From contig JBITNC010000002.1 of the NCBI GenBank assembly GCA_050084985.1, positions 1,798,001-1,862,000 on the forward strand: 64,000 nt of DNA, in the 5' to 3' direction. The notes below the pieces were generated by a model, which made no database searches, was not told the origin of the DNA, and saw nothing but the letters and a program-made list of their open reading frames with translations. Source of the DNA: Nageia nagi. Lineage: Eukaryota > Plantae > Pinophyta. A program made the translations under genes and the position numbers. Each line of letters opens with the position of its first letter. The stretch's first letter is position 1. Below are positions 25,901 through 37,900 of this stretch, piece after piece.

Positions 25901-28900
25901 GAGACCCATAGTACCTGCAAATTAAAACCCTATTGATACCATATGATAATATGATATAGAAACCCCATAGGTAAAACACTTGATTAAGAAAAGAGAAAGG
26001 AAGAAATATCCACAAAAGAGCAAATTAGGTCAACAGGACTCAACAAAAAAAAGTGCTTGTTCCAAAAAATAAACAATAGAAGCCAAAAAGGGACTTTGAA
26101 CCGAAAAACTAAAAAGTTAAATTAAACTAACTTAAACCAATATCTAGGAAAGGTTTGACCAACATGTAATAACTCCAAAGTTAAAGAGTAACAAGACATT
26201 AACATCATCAATCAACTTGAAAGAGTTGATACATAACTTGATAATGCTATTTAGAGAGTGGCCAGGGTTGAGTGGACCTAGTTGGGGAATCCTGGGAGGA
26301 CACACCTCATGACACTATGATTTTTCTTCATTCAAAAGCAAGGATCTTGTCAAAGATGATAAAAAAATTGTAACCTATAATTGCCTAATTCATAAATGAG
26401 CAGAGGTAATTGGACTTCATTGACAAAGAGCACAAGGCCTCCCTCACTCTAAACAAGGAAGGATCACAACTCTAATAGCATCACATGAGGAGAGACATGG
26501 TCTCACTCATCTCTCCTCATCAATTTGGGTTGCAATAGCCTCGTAGGATCGTGTGGTGCCCCTAGTAATAGAGATAAGACAAAAGAAGGAAGTGACTAAT
26601 TAAGAGTCTTTAGAGACTTCCAACATAGTACAGTGCCAATGAGTAATTAGTTCCCTAAGGTACATGTTACATGGCCACTCTAGCCCACATGTCATTAAAC
26701 ATTGTAAGGGAATATGTAAGGAAGCATATGTCATTAGCTATTGTAAGGGAATGGATATAAGAGAATAAATATGTAAGGGAATAGAGAGAATAAATATGTA
26801 AGGGAATAGAGAACATGTATAAGGGGAATATATCACCTAAGATATTTTTTATTATAAAAAAGCCATGCATGTAAGGCAAGAAGCTTAGTATTGTTGTGCC
26901 TACACAACACTCCTCAAAATGTTTTGCATTTTGAGGACCCTCAGGAAACATAAAAGAAGAAAAGATTGCATGAAACCTATCTAAAGAGATGCATACCTTT
27001 TGAAGGATGTTGGGAACATGTTTAGTTTGCGTTTTTGCAGCAGTAGTGTCATTTTTTATGCACTTTTCTCTTGTCGCATGTTTTCCATAAAGTGCTTTTG
27101 CACCCCCTTTCAGCCATGCGACCATGCAGCCTTGTCTTTGTCGTTTACATCATCCTGGTTAAAGAGCTTCTGGGGCCTCCCTTTTGCATTTCACCCACCT
27201 TGCATCTTGTTTGTCATTATGTTGTTGAAAAATGCAGGAAAAGGGCATGTTTTCAGCCTGTTGCATGTTTTTGAGGGAGTCCTTTTTGCATTCCCTGGAG
27301 AAGGTGCGACCAGTATTTCAGACTTAGCATCATTTTTGAAGATGCTGCATGCATTGGATTGAGTCCTTTTGCACTCCTCAAGAACAATGCGACAGGAACT
27401 TCACACTTAGCATTTTTTGAAGCCTCAAAGGCTGTTGCATGCATTTCATCAAGTCCTTTTGCACTCCTCTCAAAGGGTGAGACCAGCTTGAAGAACACTT
27501 AGCCAAATTTTGAAGCCTCAAGCCTTGTCGCAAGGATGGAGATGAGTCCTTTTGCACTCATCCAAAACCATGCGAACAAGGAAAACAGAAGCAAATAAGC
27601 CAAGTGTTGGACGTTGGTGACAAATGGAAGCCCATGCACAACACCTCATCCTGCGCCTATCCCATGGTGACACGTGTCCCACCTTGAAGGCTATAAAAGG
27701 GAAGTCACCCCCATTCATTTTAGTTTGCAAAGTTGGAGAGGGCCAGAGCATGGGGAGATAGGAGAAAAAGCACCCCTACTTGGACGTGTGACCAAGGGCA
27801 TCCTACACCTTTTTTGAAGTTTTGTTCAAGATTTAGACCTTGGGAAGCGTGCCAAGAGTTGGGCGCAAGGATTCAAGCATGTGCTTTGAGCACCCATCCA
27901 AAAGGATGCAACAAGGGAGTTAAGAGCTCAAGTGTGTTGGAAATTGGCTAAGTCCCTTGGTCCCACTTCCTAGTCGCACCATTCCTATCTGGTCCTTTTG
28001 CACCCTTCACCATGCATGCTATGTTGTTTGTAAGCTTCCTATTGGACCTTTTAGCGTGCTAGTAAGACAGTAAGACCTAGCCCAAGAGCAAATCTATAAA
28101 TATCACCCTCTCCTTGAGCATTTCATACCTCATTTTCATCCCTCTTCTTAGTCGCATCATTTTCCATGCATGCTTAAGCATCCATCCCAAAACGTGCGAC
28201 CAAGGAAGGAACATTAGAAGACATTGCACTCATTTCAAGGCCTGATCGCATCATTTTTCATGCATGCTCAAGCACCGACTTCAAAACATGCAACCAATAT
28301 AGAAGGGAGATTCAAGGAAGTTGTACATCTAGTTAGCCTCTTTTGGATAAGGCATTTCAAATCCACCCTTGAACCTAGTTGCACCATTTTTCATGCATGC
28401 TTGAGGCACTCATTCAAAACCATGCGACCAACTTTGGAGTGAAGAATTTTGTTCATGAAATTGACTAAGTGTCCCTAGGCCCAGTCGCACGCTTTCCTGA
28501 CTGTGCTTTTGCACTCATTCATAATTGTGCACCTAGACTAGTCATACATCTGGAGTTGAGGAAGGAGTTGGGTAGTGTCCTCCATGGCTTCAAGCACCAA
28601 AGTACCCTCTTTGAAGGCTAGGAAGATCCAGAGCCAGTTGTTTGAGAGGCATATGACTAAAAACCAGATGACTCGACTTTTGAAGGAGAGTTTGATAGAA
28701 TTTCAGCCGAAGAGCAGACCAGAGCTCCCAGAGGCCAAATTTAAGGGGAAATATATCTTTATTGGTGACACTAATTGGGGTAACTTGGACCCAATAATGA
28801 CCTTGGCCTCTACAACCTCACTCAGAAAGGACCTATCTAGCGAACTTATCCACATGTGTGGCTTGTTCAATGCCACCATGATACCGTTTGCAGTACCTTT

Positions 28901-31900
28901 TCCCAACTTGTGCAGCAAGAGTGTGCTACAGGATACAGAGCGGAATGTAATCATGGACATCAACCCTGCTGGTATTGAAGCAGCTTTTGGCTGGAAACGT
29001 TATGGGGATGACTATACATTTGGTCCATTTGGAGGAGTTTCATGATTCCACTTCCCGGCTTGGAGACTATATTAGACCTTGGTTGCTTGAGGAATTTTAG
29101 AACCTTTAGGGGCAAAGGTTGATTAGTGCGCTAGAGAGATGGTTGCATCCAAATCCTCTCCTGCCGAACCCAGAAAAAGGTTTCCCTCGAGTAAACCCTC
29201 TACCAAGAATCATGATAAATCTCCCCAGCTCCGAAATACAAGCATATCTCTAGGCGGTAGTGGAGGAGATGAAGAGGATGAAGAAGAGACAGAAGAACAA
29301 AAGATGGCAGTAGTTCCAACTACCCTAGCAAAAAAAGCCAAGAAAGTTGATAAAGGACGATTGCTGGTTCAAAGGTTTCCCCCTCAACCAGCGATCAAAC
29401 ATCCAGATCTTGACCTAGATGCATGCCTTAGAGCCCTCAGCATGAGTACGGCTCACGATGAAGATATAGACGAGGACTTGTGGTCTGAGGACGAGTAAGA
29501 ACTTTCAAATGGGGAGAAAATTTGGAGGGTGGACACTTTTGTCTCCACCTCTCGAAAGCAGATCTCCATCAGCCATTGCTACTCCAAGGAGAAGCATCCT
29601 CAGAGGGCGGAGGATTGTGTTATCGAAACTTTCAAGATGCCAGTCAAACTGGGGTTAACGGCCAGGAAACACATTGTTACCAAGCATGTTGCAGTCATGG
29701 AACAGGAAGGCTATGAAGCCAAAAGGGAAGTGAAGAAATTAAAGAAGGAACTCATAGCCAGTCGGAAAATCATAAAGGAGTTCCAGAAAATCAGCAACAC
29801 TCCCTTACATTTGCAGAAATAAACTTCCTTCCATGAGGGGTGGGAACTCATGAAGGACCAGCTTAAGAACAAGGTTATGGAGACCGTCGAGAGATTTTCT
29901 TCTCTCATTTACAAGCTCCTAGCCAAGGGTGTTGAGATCAAGGATCTCAGAGCTCGGATTACTAATCACCTCGGCCAATTGGATAGTTACCTACCCAACA
30001 TCTCCCACCTGCAACACACGCCGATAACCCCAAGAAATTGGTCTACTGCCATGAGTTCACCTATCACCACAATTGGTTGAACCATGCACTCGAAAAGTGC
30101 AATGTTGTCCTCAAAGTAAGGATCCCCTTGCGAAAGGAGGTAGAGGAGGAGATGAGCGAGTATCTTTATCAACTCAAGTTCCAAGAGGAGAATAATAATG
30201 TTCGAAAAAAGGAAGCAGTATTGGCAAATGCCTAGAATCTAATCCAGGAGCATCTTGATGTCGAGGATCTAAACTTGTTGAAGGCAGGACTTCCTATCGT
30301 GCACGAGAGGCAGATGGTCATCTGGAGGTACCAGATGCAAGCCACAATCAAGAAGATTGAGGGTTACTTTCGACAAAATAGTAGTACCATTGGTATGATC
30401 TTTAGGAGCATGCAGAAGACCGTGGCATTCTTGGAGGAGACCATCAAGTCCTATGGTCTCACTAGCAAGGAGTGGAACTCCGCCCGTACCGAATCAGATC
30501 ATTCACTCACAAACTTCCTCTGCGGTACTTTTTTTCATGTTTAATGCATACAGGTTGCTTGTCAGACTTTACTTTGATTTGACTGGTGTAGGGATGAGGT
30601 TTTGCTCCCGCCAAATCAAATCTGTCAGACTCATTTATGACTGACCGGTGCAAGGATGAGGCTTTGCTCCCACCGATTTTGAGGTCAGACCTTTTCAGTC
30701 TATTTATTGCATATCTGATTTTTTGTTGGATAGATTAGATGTAAAGTAGATGCATTGCGGCTGTGGCATTTATATTTTGACAGCTTTAGATGCCACTTAT
30801 ATAGTTTTGCGTGATGATATCTGATATTGTATTGGTATGTGTGTTGCATGTGTGCACACCATATTAGATTTGATGCCTTTAGGGCATCACTTCTAATGGT
30901 CTATTTATACTTCATTCGGGCCATTTAGAAGGGGATTGGGACATTAGAAATTTATGCAAAGGATTTGGACATTAGGAATTTATACGAAGGATTTTGGCAT
31001 TAGGCATTGGATTTTGTCATAGAGGTTTTGACATGAGATTGTCTGGTATTTGTATCATCTTGCATTGAACTTTTGGCACATAATGAAAGCATCATATACT
31101 GGAGTCCTTGCAATTTTGAGACTAAGGCTATTGAGTTCATGTGCATAATCATTTTAAGCCTTTTGCAGGCCATAATCATTTTAAGCTATTGAGTTCTATG
31201 CATGTTTTGCTATTGAAAATCATTATGAATGTGTCTGTTAGAGGAAAAAAATCATAAAGTTATATTGTCAGGAATATCATTTGTGGTATTATGCATACTT
31301 GAATGGTTCCTTCTATGTACTACATATTGATCATCTTGTGAAAGAGTTTGATCCTTCTCTGCATAGTTTGCACGTAAGTGGGTATATTCTAAGGCTCAAA
31401 GCTTGTCTTTATATCATTCGGTTAAGTTCATGCATTTATGCCTTCACTCCATCTTTTCCTTTTACCAAGTCTTCCATAAAGACCCTACAGCTTCCTGCTC
31501 TTGTCAGTTAGTGATTTGAGCATATTTGCTATTTGTTGCCCGGCTTGATGGTGAGTGCATCAAATTTAATGAATCTGAAGATGACTTGCTGAGACACTGT
31601 ATCCCTGGTGATTTCCTCATAAGTCCTTTCCTTTCCTCACATGCCTTTGCATTTATCCTAGTGTTTCGTCCCTGCTTTGGTGATCTTTCTTTGTTTTCGT
31701 TCATCATTACAATCTTTCCTCATTAAAGGAAAGGAATTCCGATGCGAGTTTCCATTGTATATGGTTAACAACATGCATCTCTTAACTCCTAAGCCATCAA
31801 GACCATATTCCATGTGAGCGCTTGGGGTAACCAGTCCTTTCAGGTAGGAACAAGTAACGCTGTTTCCTCCAAGTCTTGTGCATGTTTTGGGCAAGGAAAG

Positions 31901-34900
31901 AAAAACATATCAACGAGTATGTAAATTGTCTTGACTTTGCTCATTGGGAGATTAACCCCTTCAAGAGACCTATCATAATAAAAGTGATGTGCATGTTTAC
32001 ATTATTATTATGTTCAATTTTTCCTTTATGCTCTCTGTTATTTATGGTATTATGATATTGTTCCAATTAACTATCTTACTTTATATGGAAGAATCCTTTC
32101 TACAACTGAATTCTTAGTATTTGTGTAAATTTGTACCAAGACCTTCCAAGACAAATATATCAATTAACAGCCCAATTTCCCTAGATCTCGGTAGTTTTGA
32201 AACTAAGGATTACAACTCTATCAAGTTCATACCAAGTGATATCAAAGCTCTTCTAAGGACTTGTTGAATGCATTTATATGTATATGTGTATGTGTGTATT
32301 CCTTTCTCTTTCTAGATAAGCATCTAGGATAGAAACCTTGTATTGGGGGTTTTAAAACATCACAAAGGATATGTTGTTTTTTGGCTAAGTATGTTAGCCT
32401 ATAAAGCTATCTGTGAAATGAGGTGTGAAATAGTATGCACCAATACCAAGACGTTATACAAAACTCATATATGGCCTTGACTCCCATGTACCTCGCATAT
32501 GTCAAAAGACCCCATAGGAATTGAACCGAAACTTAGCCATATGAAGCCTATAAGTCATGTAATTTTTGCAATGCATCAAGACTAGCATCTAGGAAGACCA
32601 CACTCATGTACCTAAGACACAATGCATAGTACAACCAAGAACAAAATATGCAAACTCCTTGCCTAGTGCCCTTAAATATAGTGCCAAGTCTTGTTTATCG
32701 ATTCTCAACTTATATCAAATGGCTACAAATGCATAATAGAAACCTTAGCAACATGCATCTTATTTTATTGAATCCTTTTGTGTGAACCTATTAAAACCTA
32801 CTAGAGCAAACAAAATACAAGTCTTAAAATCACTTATTAATACCCTAGTCGATTGTGATCCTCTCAAGAAGATCGTTATGGTATAGTGACATGAAGCCCT
32901 TCCAATGAAACCAAACCATCTTACGAAAGACTTACCCATTACGATCCGCTTAACAAGACAATTGTTTTGGTATGCATTTTCGATGATCCTTTTCCAAGCA
33001 AAAGAAAAGAAAAACTAATATAAAATATAACATCAAATAAAAGATTAGCTTTCTCATATCTAGCTCCTAATCAACAAGATAAACTGAATTTTGGAAATGG
33101 TGAGCGATTTCCAAATTGCCCAAAGCATTTGAACTTAGGAGGTTGCAAAACTCAAGAAACAAAAGGGCACCAAATGGAAACAAGATGATGAATATGCGTG
33201 AACCAATAATAGATAGGACCAAAAGGATTTAGCCAATAAGAAATGAATTTTTTGATAGGATCCCACCAACAAAAACTACTAAACTACCAAAAATAGATTT
33301 CCCTAGATTTGAGGATATCAAACGCCAAAGTTGGTTGATTACAACTAAACAATTTTTTGAACTCCATGAAATCCCCTACAACCAAAAAGTCTACTTGGCA
33401 ACATTTAACTTATACCATAAGCCCAAGCAATGGTACCAATGGATGAAGAAGATGCAAAATAACCTTGTATGGGCACAATTGAAGAACCAACTTCTCACAC
33501 AATTTGGCAAAGAGAATTCAACGACTTCACAAGTGCTTTGACCAAGTTATGCGAAATAAGCATCATTAGGGGCTACCTAACAGCTTTTGAGAAGCTAGCT
33601 AACCAAACAATGGAGCTATTAGAGAGCCTCTTCACAAAAGTTGTTCAATCAGTGGTCTCCACAAAGACATCAAAGATGAGCTGAAATTATTTAATCTAAA
33701 CAAGTGGATAAAGGTGATAGGTCCATCCAAGCTAATAGAAGGGAACTACAACACTAACAAAAAGACTAACAAATTACTACCCTTTCAAACAAGATCACAC
33801 AACCATTTAAAACAATGTTTAAACCACCAATAGTTAGGTCATTATCACTTGAAATGGCAATATAGATGACCAAGAGGCTTTGTTATAATTGTGATAAGAA
33901 ATGGTCACCAAGACACAAATGCATGGAACAATGGATATATTTGATTGGTATGGAAGCCTAGCCATCTTATGAAGTTACCGAAGAGGTACTACCAACACAA
34001 TTAGAAGAGCCAAAGGCATCAAACCAATACGAAGCACAACCATCCACAAAGGAAGTCCTTGAGATCCCGATGCATATGTTGGCAAGCATCGAGTCTTCAA
34101 ACACTATGAAGGTTGCAAGATATATAAAAGGGCATAATTTGCTAATGCTCTTGGATTCAAATAACACGTATAACTTCACTAACCTCGAATTGGCTAAGAA
34201 GGCATATTGTTTATCTATGCTAGAAATAGTCTCCTATCATAACAAGATACCATGTAGAAGCAAGTACAGCAAGGTTCAACTAACCATCGGAAATTATCAA
34301 CTATACGTGGATATTTATGCCTTTCAATTAGGAGGATGTGAATTGGTACTCGGCTATAAATGGATGAAGACACAAGACCCTTTGTTGTGACATTTTTCAT
34401 AACTATGGATGCAATTCAAGACCATACATAAACCTTAGACACTCAAGGTGTTACAAGCAGACTCTCCATTGTTTGTCTACTTTCACCCAATGAAGAAACT
34501 ACTAAAGAAGGGTCACATGGAGTAGTTCCACATTTTTGTCAAATGGAGCTGGCTAAAATATGAATCAAAGAACTTAAGCCAAAGATACAAGCAATTATAA
34601 CCAAGCATAGCAAGGTGCTTGAAATACCGACCAAACTACCTCTTGCTAGACAACAAGACCATCAAATTCATTTAGTCCCAAGAAGCTTCTATCCAATATA
34701 CAACCCCATGATAAAATTAATCTTGGCATGCTAGGTTATTTTGTGACTAAAACAAATGTCCCAAAATCCTGCGATTTTGGAGACCCTCAATGCATCATGT
34801 ATATGCTTCATTTTGTTGTCGTCCTGTCCACCCAAGCTGCATCACAAGGACCCAGATTCATGGATAACTCCTCTTAGTTCAAGCCTCATTCTTCGTCTAG

Positions 34901-37900
34901 GGTTAGTCATGTCAAGTTAGAAATTTCAAAATCCTCAAAAATGGCTAAGTCTGGGAAGGATAAAAGTCAATCTTAGGTGAAATAGGGAGTCTAAGAAGAG
35001 TTGAGGCCAAATCAAAGCAAACTGAGCATCTCTAAGGGCTGGTGCATGCTTTAAAAAGACAATTTTGTCTTTTCAAACAATGCGACCAAGCCTGGAGGCC
35101 GTCTAGATAGGAAGAGAGGCTTGAAGACAAAATCTAGGTACTTACAAGCCCAATGCATGCCTCCAGGAGAAAATTTTGTCCTTTTCGGGCATGCGCAAAA
35201 CACAGGAAGCAAACTAGGGCAAAGTGAAGCATAGAAAATCTAAAGCAAAGGCACAACAAGGTTGGCGCATGCTTCATGTCTTTTTGAACCATGCGACTTG
35301 GCCATGAGGATGAGTTGAACAAGTTGGAAGGTCGAAAAGTGAACCTTAGGCTCCTAGGAGGCTGGCACATGCTTCCAAAAGACAAAATCTTGTCTTTTTG
35401 AACCATGCACCAAGCCTAGAAGGGCTTCCAATTCGAGCGAAGGCGAAAATTTTGACAAGTCGTGCACATAGGAAACTCAAGACCAACTCAAGCATACATA
35501 GAGGGGTTAGCGCATGATCTCAATAGACAAATTCTTGACTTTTTGAGGCATGCGCCAAGCCCAGAAGGTCTCCAGGATCCAAGAAAGATAAAAAATTGGC
35601 TAAGTCATGAGCACTTAAGGATCAAATTCCGAAAATTAAGCCATCTCGAGGTTAGCGCATGCTTCAAAAAGACAATCTTGTCTTTTTGAACCATGCAACC
35701 AGGCTAGATGAGCAAGCCAGGCTAACACATGCCTCAAAAAGTCACAAACTTGACTTTTGGAAGCATGCGCCAAGCCCGCAGGTTGCCCAGGTTGAGATGA
35801 AGGATCAAAATTGATAAGTCCAGTAGACAGAGAGACTAAAAATCAGGAGATATCAAGTTAATGGGTGAGTTTGGTGACCAAGGCAAGCAAGCATACAGGC
35901 AGGAGACCCAATGTTGGAGGCATACTCATCTCCAGGGTTGGCGCATGGTTCAAAAAGTCATAATTGTCTTTTTTTTTCCATGCGCCAAGCCAGAGTGACC
36001 CTCAAAACCCAAACGTTTGGGCACAAGCGGCTTTGCAGGAGTTTCTGGACCGACACACATCTTGACATCGGCTAGATGGATGATTAAGATTGTCTATCAG
36101 TAACCCTAGCCAACTAGGGCAAGCTGGAAGCCAGATGGGCTATAAAAGGGACCTCATTTTCTCAAATTCAAAACTTGCTCTTCTACTTTTGCGCCAAGAT
36201 AGCAGCAAATTGCAGATTTTTGTGCTTGAACATCATCATTCGTGCATCCTAGGGCTTGCACAAGCACTTGGGAGGCTAGCTACCACCACGTGGGCATCTT
36301 CTCCACCTGGAAACCCATGCACAGCCCTTGAGGAGCAATGCTACAAGCAAGAACACCATGACCTCTTCCAAGGGTAATTCAACTCCTAACTTCACTAGGG
36401 ACCTCAAACGGTTGAAACAAGATTGCCTCATCTCCATTTGTGAGAGACAACAAGCCCTTCCCCAAGGGGCCAAATTCTCGAGGAAAGATTTTGCAACCAT
36501 CGAAGACACAGATTGGCAAAACGTTGACCCTATGCAGATGAGGGAGAGCATTCAAAGCCTTCCCACCACTGACCTGAAGCAAGACATCATCTTCTTTTCC
36601 AAACTCTCCACTTGCACATTCATCCTATTTACAGCCCCATTCCATGAATTGTGCATGGAAGTCGATCACCACTGGCAGAAGGGAGAGAGAGTCCTTCAAG
36701 ATATCAGACGAGACATCATTATGGACTTCCATCCCAAAGCTATCAATGCAACATTTTAGTGGACTTCCAAGGGTGATTATGTGTATAGCAAGGCTAGGTC
36801 ACTAGCATCCTACCAAGAGACTCCCAGGGCAGCCGTCGCTATTAAGAGTTGGATGCTAGAAGAGCATCACAAATTGAAGGGAAATGCACTCATCAACGCT
36901 CCTCGCTCCAACTTTTACCTTGCAATCAAGTTGATGATCCTCATGCTATCCAGAGTCCTCAAGAAAGAAGATGCTTCGAAGTTTAGGAAGGAGTTCTTTG
37001 GGTTCATTCTTGAGATTGCTAAAGGAAGAAGGATCCAATGGAGCAAGGTGTTGAGCGATGCTATAGCTAATCAATTGTCGTCCATACACACCATTCGCAA
37101 ATTCTACCTTAATTCCTACTTGGTGTACATGTTGCTTCACGGCAAGTATAGAGCTACAGCACAGGGTGAGATGGCTTGGATAGAAAGGGGATCTATTCCA
37201 TTTGGAAGTGTTACCCCAAATGGAAGTTAGAGAGGAGATGGGATAGTTTCCTGATGAAAAACGATGGATGGGAGTACGAAATATACAAGGAGCTTAAGGG
37301 AGAGATCATAGTTGCCCAGATCTCCAATTCAACCCAAGATGCTTTGAAGAAGCATGGGGACTTCTTCCTCCATCACCAACATTTCTCCTACATTCGTATA
37401 CATGGATCAACCGTACAGCCCTATCAGTTGCCAAGGTTTGTGAGTAACAAGATATTGTTAATGGAGATGATGAGGCAATTGGCCTTTCTACACAAACAGG
37501 TATGGCAGAAGAAATCGGTCACATCCAATTTGCCGATTGCTGTGGGAGAATATCAGTGTAAGTTCTGGATAGATGTGGATACCATGAAAGAAGAGTTGGC
37601 CAAATACACCTTTAGGAAGATGCCAGCAGCCGACTATTATGACCCGGATCACAAGATGCACTCATTCTTCATGAAAGAAAGGAAGAAACCTTATGAGCAT
37701 AAACCACTTGTAGACGAGGAGCCTTTCCGGAATATCAGCAATCAAGTAGAAATAAAGAAGATAAGGGAAAGGGTACACAAGGATGCCAATGATCAGCAAC
37801 ACCATGTGGAAGCTACAATCAACAAGAGACTCTCGCAACATAAGAGAAGAAGACCTCAAGAGTCTACTTCCAAGATCACACAGTTCCCTCCAGTAGATGA

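Noticed and set aside
34709-34738. Alternative 5' end of element B at tgataaa (34709)
   Set aside because: It gives no TSD; 34739 gives GGTTA/AGTTA, matches the start of element A and restores the host reading frame.
35040-35990. Palindrome-spacer array as a CRISPR array
   Set aside because: The repeats are degenerate, spacer lengths are very irregular, and it lies inside an LTR-like element; reported instead as a motif array.
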